Source: a candidate division FCPU426 bacterium (GTDB taxonomy: Bacteria; Oederibacteriota; PGYV01; Palsa-1178). From it: a DNA stretch of 64,000 nt. The translations under genes were made by a program, and so were the position numbers. Shown here in pieces: positions 30,001 to 39,202 of this stretch. The notes beneath the pieces were generated by a model. That model worked only from the letters and a program-made list of their open reading frames with translations. It ran no database searches and was not told where the DNA came from. The DNA is taken from assembly GCA_963840035.1 (NCBI GenBank), contig CAWIXE010000001.1:864001-928000 (forward strand), in the 5' to 3' direction. Numbering within the stretch: the stretch's first letter is position 1; each line of letters opens with the position of its first letter.

Positions 30001-30352
30001 AACTCAGACAAGTACATGTAGTGCAACGCCGACTACCACGGCAACAGCGGCTGAACCCTTTGACCCTGTTGTATACCCGAACCCGTATATAGCCGCCTCC
30101 GGAAAGCTGAAAATAGATTTTTACGCGGAGGAGGGGTGTAAAGAACTGGAATTCAGGCTTTATACTTCAGCATTCAGGCTTGTCATAAGCAAAAAAATAA
30201 GCGGGCCATTTATTGGCAGGGCTGCCGCTGAAATTGACAATGCCTGTTTTAAGCGCGTTGCCAGGGGTACATATTATTACGTGATTTACAGCTTGTCGGA
30301 CGCGGACGAAAGGAAAAAGACCGCGATAGGCGTGTTGTCGGTGCTAAGGTGA
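27026..30352 (+). CDS. Secreted rhamnogalacturonan lyase (PL11, YesW/YesX-like) with CBM35-like module and YPNP-type CTD
   Basis: MEKLNRGVVAV, GDLDGDGEYE, NIRAGAHYTQF, YGNRVDRF, GQGNH, HGDA, GDWREE and YNQPPH; CBM GFTGIGY..RYANG..GPNMD. Confidence 0.92.
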   Translation: MKSGKLHKNNIRAAFMLFFIIVCASSVFAARYMEKLNRGVVAVRVNASSVYVGWRMFGTDPADISFNVYRGGVKVNVNPIINSTNFTDATTASSTYYVRSIIGGVEQAPSETATLWSTQYKTIPIIQPPMQTMPDGTTCTSTANDCSTGDLDGDGEYEIVLKWDPTNSKDNSQGGYTGDVFLDAYKLNGTRLWSIDLGRNIRAGAHYTQFQVYDLDSDGKAEVVCKTAPGTKDSSGAYLSMGPAASDNDATDYRNTSGYILSGPEYLTLFKGDTGREAYTMNYNPARGTVSSWGDNYGNRVDRFLACVAYLDGVRPSVVMCRGYYTRAVLVAYDWNGTALTQRWIFDSNTAGNVAYAGQGNHNLAVGDTDGDGKDEIVYGACAINDNGTGMYTTGLGHGDAGHLGKMDPDRAGLQYFQPHEGASASSGGEYRNAATGALLWGYAATGDTGRGLAADIDANYRGWEYWSTSTDGTYNVSGAHVSTSRPSVNFRIYWDGDLQDELLDGTKLDKWTGAGTTRLYTFYNFRSSQEINGTKANPCLSADLLGDWREEVIYRNSNNQELNIFTTTTPTTYRFYTLMHDFVYRCAIAWQNTAYNQPPHVGFYLGDGPTAQPVEAIIYPGSGTTPTNTPAFTKTFTGTHTKTSTATQTKTSTASVTFTRTSTATRSMTPSFTQTATEYTGTPTPFTPSYTSTATGTFTATMTLTLYNSPTYTVTASGTFTMPNTPTITVTVTPTTAPAGYTELQAESACSYDGIFETIHAGFTGIGYANLYNATGSSIMFFVDSDAARTINLTYRYANGGANPRDMRIMVNDVTQPASLLFPVTGAWTAWQDSTVSVDLSAGRNEITIEALTADGGPNMDRISFTAPGVTLADCVVYATPTQIETDTPQETPEPSETFTLTPTVTGSETISPTPSMTPTLSATAQGSPTCTGTVTPSNSPTKTWTAQADSPTVTATVSKSMTVSPSVTFTASPQNTATITRTIQTPSRTITQTSTCSATPTTTATAAEPFDPVVYPNPYIAASGKLKIDFYAEEGCKELEFRLYTSAFRLVISKKISGPFIGRAAAEIDNACFKRVARGTYYYVIYSLSDADERKKTAIGVLSVLR

Positions 30353-32316
30353 AAAGAGTATTATTAGCCGCGCTGATATTGTCCGCTGCGGCAAATATTT
30401 ACGGCGCGGCCATTGTGGACGGCATAGCCGGATTTGCCGCGCAAAACGGCGGCACTACCGGCGGCGCGGGCGGGCCGGAGGTTACAGTCTCAACGCTGGC
30501 GGATTTTAGTTCCTACGCCACTGATAACAACCCGCGGATTATAAAAGTTTCTGGCGAGATAAACAGCGGTGATGACAAAGGCGCGTCAGTGCGCGTGGGA
30601 AACAATAAGACCATCCTCGGCTGCGGCAGCGGCGCGTTCTTTAACGGCGTCGGGCTTTTAATAAGCAGCAAGACAAATATAATAATAAGGAATATCAAGT
30701 TCTCCATGGTGGCTATCACCACCCGGATAGACGAGGCGGGTGTTTATTCATCCACCGGAGATGAGGGCAGGCCGCAGATACTCACCAACGGCGGGGACTG
30801 CATAGGCATACAGGGCACCAGCGCCAACATATGGATAGACCACTGCGAGTTTTACGCTGAAGACCCGCACGTGCAGACAAACCAGGACCTCTATGACGGC
30901 TTAATCGACGCGAAAAACGGGAGCCAGTACATAACAATTTCGTGGTGTTACTTCCACGACCATCATAAGTGCCACCTTATAGGAAGTTCAGATACCGACA
31001 ACTATGACAGGAAAATTACTTTTCACCACAATTATTACCGCAACATAAAGGAAAGGATGCCCAGCTACAGGTTTGGCACAGGGCATGTGTATAATAATTA
31101 CTATCTGGACGTGCTTTCCATGGCTGTCAACTCAAGGATGGGCGCGTGCCTGCGCGTTGAGAGGAATTATTTTGAGGATTCAAGCGACCCGGTAATCACA
31201 AAGAACAGCACCTCGGACGGGAACTGGGACTTATCCGACAGCGTAAGCGGCGCGGTTAACTCAAATATTTACTTAAACTGCACGGGCTCCATGCCAGCGG
31301 CATCAACCTGCGCGTTTGACCCTCCTTATATATACGCGGCGTATCTCGACGCGGCAGCGGATGTGAAGGCGAATGTGCTTGCTAACGCGGGCGTTGGAAA
31401 GATAACAATCAACTGCGGCGGAGCCACAGAAACCCCCACGCCGTATCAGTCACCCACAAGGACCAGGACGCAGACATTTACCAGAACGCAGACCGCTACA
31501 AAGACGGCGACGCTGTCTGCTACGCAGACAGGGACTTCGCAACTGACAAATACTTTTACAGCCACTAAGACACTAACTCTAACCGGGACATGTACCGCCA
31601 CAAGGACGGCGACACTGACGCCTTCCGTGACACACAGCGCAACCCCGGTTTCCAGCGTGACATCATCGCGGACGCCGTATGAAACATTTACTGAAACACC
31701 GGGAATGACAAATACGGCGGTTTTAACTGTTACTTTTACCCGGACAAAGACAAGCACGGCGCTTCCTTCAGAAACGCAGACCTTTACCCCGACGCCGGAA
31801 AATACCGCGACAGCCACGCCTGCGGACACGGGCGCATTTACCGCGACAGCCACGGCCACCGCAGTAAGCACAGCCACAAAAACCAATACATCAACAAAGA
31901 CGAGCACGCAAACAGCGACGGCTGCCTGCACGCGAACGCTGACAGTTTTGCCGTCAGCCACGGCAACGAAGACCTCCACTCCGGCGCCCACGGCGACTGC
32001 GGAGTGGGGAAATAAATTTGAAATAACAGACGCCCTTTTATACCCGAACCCAGCCAGGCGCTACCTTGACGACATAAAGGTGAAAATAGACATTACAAGG
32101 CCGGCCATGGAAACAAAGATAAGGATATTCACAGTAAACTTCAGGCTCATATATGAAAAGCCGTACGGCGCTGTAAGCGCAAGGCGGGCGGTATTGACAA
32201 TCCCGGCGGCGGATTTTAAGGACTTTGCGGCAGGGGTCTATTACCTTGTAGTGACGGGACGGGATGATAAGGGCAGCGCAACATCAAAACCGAGGGTGCT
32301 TATAATAATACAGTAA
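30349..32316 (+). CDS. Secreted pectate lyase (PL1) with Thr-rich linker and YPNP-type CTD
   Basis: GFAA..TTGGAGG, NIIIRNI, NIWIDHC, YDGLID, ITFHHN, RMPSYRFG and HVYNNYY. Confidence 0.92.
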   Translation: MKRVLLAALILSAAANIYGAAIVDGIAGFAAQNGGTTGGAGGPEVTVSTLADFSSYATDNNPRIIKVSGEINSGDDKGASVRVGNNKTILGCGSGAFFNGVGLLISSKTNIIIRNIKFSMVAITTRIDEAGVYSSTGDEGRPQILTNGGDCIGIQGTSANIWIDHCEFYAEDPHVQTNQDLYDGLIDAKNGSQYITISWCYFHDHHKCHLIGSSDTDNYDRKITFHHNYYRNIKERMPSYRFGTGHVYNNYYLDVLSMAVNSRMGACLRVERNYFEDSSDPVITKNSTSDGNWDLSDSVSGAVNSNIYLNCTGSMPAASTCAFDPPYIYAAYLDAAADVKANVLANAGVGKITINCGGATETPTPYQSPTRTRTQTFTRTQTATKTATLSATQTGTSQLTNTFTATKTLTLTGTCTATRTATLTPSVTHSATPVSSVTSSRTPYETFTETPGMTNTAVLTVTFTRTKTSTALPSETQTFTPTPENTATATPADTGAFTATATATAVSTATKTNTSTKTSTQTATAACTRTLTVLPSATATKTSTPAPTATAEWGNKFEITDALLYPNPARRYLDDIKVKIDITRPAMETKIRIFTVNFRLIYEKPYGAVSARRAVLTIPAADFKDFAAGVYYLVVTGRDDKGSATSKPRVLIIIQ

Positions 32317-32553
32317 ATATGATGTATTGAGCATTAAACGGATGTCTAACTGCAATACGGCCTCGCTGCCGCGTTTTTGCCCGGCCGGAGATAACTCGGC
32401 AATGGGCGCCAAGGAAACCTTAAAAGAAGCCGGGCTATAATTCCTAAGGATAAAGCGGTCATAAGCTGCGGGGGCATAATTTCAGGCTCAGCAGTAACCC
32501 CAAACTTATAACAATTATAGAACCGTCTGAAAAAATAGGCCGGATAAACCTGC

Positions 32554-32590
32554 TTGATTAATCGGGCATAATCGGGTATAATCGGGTATA
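32554..32590 (+). promoter_or_regulatory. Fic promoter with three 10-bp direct repeats
   Basis: TTGATT-17-TATAAT overlapped by ATCGGG(C/T)ATA x3 at 32561, 32571 and 32581. Confidence 0.65.
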
Positions 32591-32615
32591 GTTAAAATAA
32601 TTGCGGGAGAAACAT

Positions 32616-33686
32616 ATGATTGAAAGGATGAACAAAAGGCTTTTAGAACTGGATGGCGTTACAATTTCCAAAATATACCGGAAAATTTCCGCCATAGATG
32701 AATTCAAGGGCTGGTTTAAGGCCGGGCTTGTCTTAAGCCCTCAAATACTCGGGCGCTTAAAAAAAAGCGTGGTGGTTTCTTCGACCGGCGCTTCGACCAG
32801 GATTGAAGGCTCGAAAATGTCCGACGCTGAAGTAGAGGCCATGCTCAAGGGCCTGAAAGTAAACAGGTTAAAAGACAGGGATTCACAGGAAGTGGCGGGA
32901 TATGCAGAGCTGACAAACACTGTTTTTGACAGCTATGACCATATAAAAATCACAGAGAGCGAAATAATGAACCTGCACAGGATATTATTAAAATATTCCG
33001 GAAAAGACGAACGTCACAAAGGCCGTTACAAAAATGTTTCCAATAAAGTGACGGCGCGGGACGGCGAAGGCAGAGTGTCGGTTGTTTTTGAGCCGACCGA
33101 ACCATACCTTGTGCAAACTGAAATGCGCGGCCTGACAGAGTGGCTGCAAAAAGCGGCAAAAGAAGAGGCGTTTCATCCGCTTTTGACAACAGCGAATTTC
33201 ATCCTGGAATTTCTGTCCATCCATCCTTTTCAGGACGGTAACGGCCGTTTAAGCCGGGTTTTGACAAATCTGATGATGCTTAAATACGGCTACAGATATG
33301 CGCAGTACGCTTCGCTGGAAAAGATTGTAGAGGATAATAAGGCTGAGTATTATCTGGCGCTGCGTAAGAGCCAGAAGAACAGGAAGAAGTCAAAAGAGGA
33401 CATAAGCCCGTGGCTTATTTTCTTTTTTGATATGCTGACAAAGCAGGCTGAGGCAGCCCGTGAAATCACTGGGGAAAAAGCGGGTGAAGACCTTTTATCC
33501 GCAAATCAGGCCGGGGTGCTTGCCATGTTTGACGGCATGGAAAGGATAACAAATAGGGATGTGGCGAAATACCTGGACACAAACCGCGATACGGCCAAAC
33601 AGATACTGAACCGGCTCCTGAAGCTTAAGATGGTAAAAAGGACAGGAGCGGGAAGAAATACGGGATATGTAAAAGTTAATAAATAG
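32616..33686 (+). CDS. Fic family protein with C-terminal wHTH
   Basis: STRIEG inhibitory motif; HPFQDGNGRLSR Fic motif. Confidence 0.92.
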   Translation: MIERMNKRLLELDGVTISKIYRKISAIDEFKGWFKAGLVLSPQILGRLKKSVVVSSTGASTRIEGSKMSDAEVEAMLKGLKVNRLKDRDSQEVAGYAELTNTVFDSYDHIKITESEIMNLHRILLKYSGKDERHKGRYKNVSNKVTARDGEGRVSVVFEPTEPYLVQTEMRGLTEWLQKAAKEEAFHPLLTTANFILEFLSIHPFQDGNGRLSRVLTNLMMLKYGYRYAQYASLEKIVEDNKAEYYLALRKSQKNRKKSKEDISPWLIFFFDMLTKQAEAAREITGEKAGEDLLSANQAGVLAMFDGMERITNRDVAKYLDTNRDTAKQILNRLLKLKMVKRTGAGRNTGYVKVNK

Positions 33687-33744
33687 AAAAAAGCGACATC
33701 CGGAGACTTATAAACCGGAAGATAATTATTTTAAGGAGGCAAAA

Positions 33745-34365
33745 ATGCAGGATCCCAAAACGCACCTTGACAGGAATGAAACCCTTCGCAGCATAAGGGA
33801 CAGGAGGAGCATACGCACGTTCTCGGACTCCGGAGTAAGCGATAATGACCTTTTGACAATCCTTCACGCCGCCCATCAGGCGCCATCCGCGCATAATCAA
33901 CAGTCGTGGAAATTTATAGTCTTGAAAGACAAGGCAAAAAGCGACCTTGCCGCGATGGTAAATGAACGTTCGGTTAATTTCCCGAAGGCTTCGTCAGTTT
34001 TACTCAGGATGGCCTCGCGCTCCATCATAAACGCGCCGGTAGTGGTAGCGGTCATGAATACCGGCGAGCTCATAGCCAGAGGGACGGAACTTTTTAAGAT
34101 AGATAAGGAAGCCGCGCACGACTTTTTCAGGATCATGGAAGTCCAAAGCTCCGCAGCGGCCGTACAAAACATGCTCCTGGCAGCGACATCGCTGGGGCTG
34201 GGAACAGTGTGGCTCGGAGTGCTCGCGCTGATGCAGAAGGATTTGCTTACGTTCCTTGGCCAGCCCGAAGGCGAATTCATGGCCATAATCCCCATAGGCT
34301 ACGCGGCTAAACCCGGCGTCCAGCCGTCAAAACACGGGCTTGATATGGTGGTAAAGTATTTGTAA
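33745..34365 (+). CDS. Nitroreductase family protein
   Basis: RRSIRTF, APSAHNQQSWKF and QNMLLAATSLGLGTVW. Confidence 0.92.
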   Translation: MQDPKTHLDRNETLRSIRDRRSIRTFSDSGVSDNDLLTILHAAHQAPSAHNQQSWKFIVLKDKAKSDLAAMVNERSVNFPKASSVLLRMASRSIINAPVVVAVMNTGELIARGTELFKIDKEAAHDFFRIMEVQSSAAAVQNMLLAATSLGLGTVWLGVLALMQKDLLTFLGQPEGEFMAIIPIGYAAKPGVQPSKHGLDMVVKYL

Positions 34366-34371
34366 TTTTTT

Positions 34372-34515
34372 TGGTTATTTAAACAAATCCAAATACTAAA
34401 CAGGTCAAACATCCTGTTCTTTGACTGTCCTGTTGTTTCCCTGAGTATTCCATGACTGCTTAAATCCTTTACAAGCCTGGATGCGGTTGAAAAAGAAATT
34501 TTAAGATGGTGATGA
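34372..34515 (-). pseudogene. 3' remnant of a Fic-family gene
   Basis: HLKISFSTASRLVKDLSSHGILRETTGQSKNRMF aligns by eye to the C-terminus of the Fic at 43642 (HLKISKQTA..GVLKEYTGKKR). Confidence 0.6.
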
Positions 34516-34595
34516 GGTTCAGGTTCAATATTGGGGCAGTAAAAAACAGCATAAGAAGCTGTTTTGCAAGAGGTGCAATAAAATATTAGGATTGG

Positions 34596-34817
34596 GTAAA
34601 AAAGCAAAAAAGAAAGACCATCGCAATCACAGTCAAACCCGACAGGACAGTGGAAATATACATGCCCGAGGGTGCCGCCATAATTACCTTTGGCGCCACG
34701 CTTAACCCTCCCATGTACAACACGCTCATGGCCATGAGCATGTTCGGCGGGATCCTGATGCTGGCATGGTTCATAATGATAGCGCTGCGGTTCTTTAAAA
34801 TCAGCGGGAAATTTTAA
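34596..34817 (+). pseudogene. Chimeric fragment: YgjP/DUF45-like N-terminus joined to a membrane-protein C-terminus
   Basis: KRKTIAITVKPDRTVEIYMP followed by a hydrophobic GGILMLAWFIMIALRFFK tail; no clear start. Confidence 0.4.
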
Positions 34818-35255
34818 AATCGATCCTGAAAGATGATGTTTGTACATCAGGTTTTTACGTTGACTGCCGTTTCATACATTATTATAATCCCACCTTTTAA
34901 TTTTGCGAAATAAATGAGCTTTTAAAAGTAAATGACCCTTCAAAGTACACAATAATGGTGCTATTTCGACCAAAAAACAAGGATTATGGTCAATCACGGT
35001 TGACCAAAAATCCGGAACCGGTCAAAAATTGCAATAAATACAAGTAAATACTGGATATAATGGACATGGAAGAAATATCACAAAATTGTTGACAACAACA
35101 GGGAAGGTGGTAATATAATTTTACGATATAAAAGTGGAGGCAATACGTGCGGTTGAGCAGATGACGGGGTTATCTTTCAAACCATTCAAAAATCCAGGCC
35201 AAGAAGTATCCATGCGCATTTTTCACCCTTATAAGTCTCTACCCGGAGGAATCAA

Positions 35256-36605
35256 ATGAAAAAAATGCTATTAATTTTAGCAATGTTTCTGTCATTTAAT
35301 TTTAGTTTTGGCGCTTGCACAACCACTGAATGGGCGGTTATCTGCGATGACGGGACTGTGTCCTGCAGATTTTGCCATGTTGTAGTCGCTGCGAACGGTA
35401 TGATGCCCATAATATCAGGAATTGGCGGCAGCGGGTCATCCGGATATATATTTCATTGTTGTCCTGGTCTTTTGAATTATTTATCAGGGTTCGGGTATGA
35501 TATAGCAGCCGTTTGTCACTGTACATCAATAACTAATGTAGAATGCAGCACCGATTCCAGCGGAATAAATGGAACCGCGAATTTCGGCAACGACAGCATG
35601 GGGCAGAGCATCATTAACAGGAATCGGATTTTTGAGACCGGCGATTGGGCGGATGATAACATGCGAAAATGGGAGGCTCTGGAAGCCAGAGCATTGGCGG
35701 CCGGATTTAGTAACATGACCGATTTTGCAAGGGCCAACCCGGGAGCCACGCCGTTTGATATATTTGCCATCATGAAACAGATAAAGTGCCTGGATGACGG
35801 ATACTATGACAACGGCATTAAGCCGGCTATCAACACCATGAAAGAATCCCCGGAAAACAACAATGCGGGCATAACTTCGGGCAAACAGGGTGACGGACCA
35901 AAATGGCCCGAAGGAATAACGCCGATTGATGACGGAGGGGTTTATATAGGGAACGGGACCACACCGTTGTTGCTGCGGGACAAGGATGCGATAATTACAC
36001 CGGAACAGGCGGCAGTGATGCGCATCAATTCCACGGTTGATACAACAAGGCTTATTACCGGCAACCCTGATGAACTCCAGTCCATGCAGGATGAGCTGAC
36101 ATCGGGCCAGGATAGTTTTAATCAACAATCAAAGATTCTCGGGGAAATGGTGGAATTAACGACGGGGCCGGGAAAGGACGGGATCTATGGGGAATTGGCA
36201 AAATTTGCCGGTGAAACGATCGGCATAGGGGCGGATAACGGGGAAAAAGGCTTTAACACTATAACCGGACTAGTGACCCTATATGGAATAAAAAAATCAT
36301 TATCTGAAGGCGATAAGCTCGGTGCCCTAAGCGGAACAAAAGATTTTTTAGTTTCGCTTATCCCCGATGTATTGGGAGGTGCGGTTGCGACCGCTGCGGT
36401 AACCGGCGGTTTTACAGCATTTATAAGCAAAGAGATAGGCATAGCTACCGTCAACACATTTGACAGCGGGTTGAAGGATCTTGGGGGAACCGGAATCCTC
36501 AAAAATGGGGAAGACGCGTGGACTTCCATTAAAGGCGTTGTTAATGAAGGTTTAGGCGAAAACATTGATAAATTAAAGACATGGGCGTTAACTCCAAATC
36601 TTTAA
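35256..36605 (+). CDS. Hypothetical secreted protein, Cys-rich N-terminus, Gly/Ala-rich hydrophobic C-terminus
   Basis: GGAGG RBS, signal peptide, 449-aa ORF; no family recognised. Confidence 0.7.
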   Translation: MKKMLLILAMFLSFNFSFGACTTTEWAVICDDGTVSCRFCHVVVAANGMMPIISGIGGSGSSGYIFHCCPGLLNYLSGFGYDIAAVCHCTSITNVECSTDSSGINGTANFGNDSMGQSIINRNRIFETGDWADDNMRKWEALEARALAAGFSNMTDFARANPGATPFDIFAIMKQIKCLDDGYYDNGIKPAINTMKESPENNNAGITSGKQGDGPKWPEGITPIDDGGVYIGNGTTPLLLRDKDAIITPEQAAVMRINSTVDTTRLITGNPDELQSMQDELTSGQDSFNQQSKILGEMVELTTGPGKDGIYGELAKFAGETIGIGADNGEKGFNTITGLVTLYGIKKSLSEGDKLGALSGTKDFLVSLIPDVLGGAVATAAVTGGFTAFISKEIGIATVNTFDSGLKDLGGTGILKNGEDAWTSIKGVVNEGLGENIDKLKTWALTPNL

Positions 36606-36628
36606 AAAGAATAAACAGGACGGTGGAA

Positions 36629-37621
36629 ATGAATAGAAAATTCAGAATGCTTATAACGGCGCTTATATGCCTGCAATTCGCCGCTGCCGGGATGGCCGCC
36701 AATGCAGGGCGCATAAAAAATCAAAAATTCATATCCGGGGTAGTGATCATGCTGCCAGCCAAAACGAAATTAGTATTTAGCTGGCTTATGCCGCCTCAGG
36801 AAAGCAATGGCATGAAACCGGATATAGAAAAAAATCTGCAGTTTGCGGTTGATGGAAAAGGAACGCTCTGGTTGGGCCGGGACAATGATTTGATTGCTAA
36901 TTTCAGCAGGAAACATTTTATGATAAAACTTGATGTGCCTTACCGGGAATTTGTTTCAATGGAGAATGGGATGCTGATTTTTTCCACTGACAAGTATATT
37001 GGATTTATACCCGGAATCGGAAAGAATTCGCCTATGGGTGAAGACCGTATAATGAAAGTCCCTTTTCAACCTTTAGTGGGCCTTCCTGAACCGGAAAGCA
37101 GCATCTATGCTGGCGACGGGGATATTTTGTACATAAAAGGCTTCAACGCTGAAAACGGTACGGATAATGTATATTCTTTCGGAGGGAAAGGGACATTGGA
37201 ACAGTCGACTGATAAAAGAGCAGCCTTGTGCTATAAGGAGATCTTTTCCATAAAAAAGCACATATCAGCCGTGGCCGGGAACGGGAAGAAAACATATGTA
37301 GCTATGGGGCGCATGATCGCAGAGATTACAAAAGGAATGGGCAAAATTAGGGGCTTTTTTGTCCATCCGCAGGAAGACATAACAGGAATGGCTTACAGCG
37401 AAAAATCCGGGCTCTTTTATACTACGGATTCTTTTGTCGGATACGCCGGAGAGAACGGGCCAATCGACTTTATAAGGGCACACAAACCCAGGATAGTCCT
37501 GAAAAACAACACATTATATGTTTTTATGGCCGATAATTGCGGGATCCTGAAGATAAACAATATTGATGACATGAAAAAGCATGATTTTAAATCAAAGAAA
37601 AAAAGCGGGGATGGGAAATAA
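36629..37621 (+). CDS. Hypothetical secreted beta-rich (propeller-like) protein
   Basis: Signal peptide after ATG 36629; short beta-strand repeats (FAVDGKGTLWLG, ITGMAYS). Confidence 0.65.
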   Translation: MNRKFRMLITALICLQFAAAGMAANAGRIKNQKFISGVVIMLPAKTKLVFSWLMPPQESNGMKPDIEKNLQFAVDGKGTLWLGRDNDLIANFSRKHFMIKLDVPYREFVSMENGMLIFSTDKYIGFIPGIGKNSPMGEDRIMKVPFQPLVGLPEPESSIYAGDGDILYIKGFNAENGTDNVYSFGGKGTLEQSTDKRAALCYKEIFSIKKHISAVAGNGKKTYVAMGRMIAEITKGMGKIRGFFVHPQEDITGMAYSEKSGLFYTTDSFVGYAGENGPIDFIRAHKPRIVLKNNTLYVFMADNCGILKINNIDDMKKHDFKSKKKSGDGK

Positions 37622-37623
37622 AC

Positions 37624-39186
37624 GTGGCCAAAACTAAAATTTGCGGTCTAAAAACAGCTGTTTTTGCGGCTTTAACTGTAATGTTTTTGTTCGAAATGCC
37701 TGCTGCGGCATGGGCCGATGTCATCCTTCCGTCCTTCAATCCCCAAAAATACTCAGCCGGGGAAATACCTTCACGCGACCCGTGGGGGGAGAAACCCTGG
37801 TTTATTGCCCCTTTTAGTGAAGCGCGCGGATACCTCGTGCTCGGGTATTTGTCCGAAGCGATGGATAAGTACAAAGCATTAAGCAACACGGTATACTGGA
37901 ATAATTTGAAGCCCGAATACGGATACCTGATGGGGCTGAACGGGTATTATGAACCGGCTATGACATACCTTGACGAGGCGCACATTAAGACACCGTCAGG
38001 GGGAAGCCCGTATTATTACGCTGGTTGGGTATTTGCTTTCGCCGGATACGGGGATATTGCAAAAAACTTCTGGAAAATAGCCCAAGGGGGTACTGACCCT
38101 GTATCGGGTATGGCTTCCGACGCATTAAACAACGGGAAAAACATCGGAGCCCAGTCATTTGCGGGACTGGATAAGGACTTTATAAAAGAACTGGATTATC
38201 CTGGAAGCGAAGGGGCTGTCATTCTTAACGTTTATCCCGGTAAATTCATGACGAAACTCCAGCCCCGCGACATAATAATACAAGCCGGGGATAAAGTAAT
38301 AGATGACACTGAAAGCCTTGCGGAAGTCATTAACAGCAGGCCTTCCGGCAGCACGCTGGGCCTGGTCGTATGGCGCGGCGGCGTGAAACAGTCGCTAGAT
38401 GTTAAGGTAAATTCCATGGAAGATATATCGGGTATGCCTGAACCGACGGGCAGAGTTTTAGAGCCGCCAAAAAAAGCAAAGGGCATGCTTGCAGGGGCAT
38501 TATCTATGTTCATAAAGAAGAGGTATTTTACCTCCATCCTTTTATACAGGCGGATAATAGAAGAATATCCCGACTGGTCCATACCGTACCTGGGATATTC
38601 GCTCGCCCTTGAAAAAGTCGGGGCATTTCAGTGCGCGAAAAAAGCCGTAGAGCAGGCTGTCAAGGCGGCTGAAAATGACCGGGAAACAAAGAATGAACTG
38701 AAGGAAAAATTAAAGCAATTAAAAACAATGCCGATAGCCGACCAGAATAGCTGGCGGCAGTCACAAGCCTTAAACAGCCTTTCCGAAAATCCTCCTGTAT
38801 ATTACCTCGGATTTGGCGGGGGTCAGTTGTCATTCGGCGGAAAAAATGGATTTTCAGGCTCGATAAGCGGCCGAATTGGAATGCTCACGAACACAAATAC
38901 CGACCTTTCCTTAAATTTAGGTTACAGCAGCGGCGGGGGAACGGTTTTTAATATGAACCTGGCACAGAGAATGTACACCGGGGATACGTTCAGTTTTAAT
39001 CCGGGTTTCAATCTTTCTTACGGAGCATCAGGGTTATCCTGCGGAGTTTCCGCAGGGGTATCATCATACATAATTAACGACAAAAACAGCATGAGCATGG
39101 ATCTTGTACTAAGCGTACCGTCTGTTTTTTCAGGAGTAAGCTTACAATCGATCCTTATGTATTTCGGAGTAACTTACTATCTTTAA
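37624..39186 (+). CDS. Secreted TPR plus PDZ protein with probable C-terminal outer-membrane beta-barrel
   Basis: TPR-like helices, PDZ (GAVILNVYPG..LQPRDIIIQ..VWRGG), amphipathic strands ending FGVTYYL. Confidence 0.7.
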   Translation: MAKTKICGLKTAVFAALTVMFLFEMPAAAWADVILPSFNPQKYSAGEIPSRDPWGEKPWFIAPFSEARGYLVLGYLSEAMDKYKALSNTVYWNNLKPEYGYLMGLNGYYEPAMTYLDEAHIKTPSGGSPYYYAGWVFAFAGYGDIAKNFWKIAQGGTDPVSGMASDALNNGKNIGAQSFAGLDKDFIKELDYPGSEGAVILNVYPGKFMTKLQPRDIIIQAGDKVIDDTESLAEVINSRPSGSTLGLVVWRGGVKQSLDVKVNSMEDISGMPEPTGRVLEPPKKAKGMLAGALSMFIKKRYFTSILLYRRIIEEYPDWSIPYLGYSLALEKVGAFQCAKKAVEQAVKAAENDRETKNELKEKLKQLKTMPIADQNSWRQSQALNSLSENPPVYYLGFGGGQLSFGGKNGFSGSISGRIGMLTNTNTDLSLNLGYSSGGGTVFNMNLAQRMYTGDTFSFNPGFNLSYGASGLSCGVSAGVSSYIINDKNSMSMDLVLSVPSVFSGVSLQSILMYFGVTYYL

Positions 39187-39202
39187 TAATGAGGCTAAAT
39201 TG

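Noticed and set aside
7651..32316. Cellulosome or SusC/D-type PUL
   Set aside because: No cohesin, dockerin, SLH, TonB-dependent receptor or SusD recognised.
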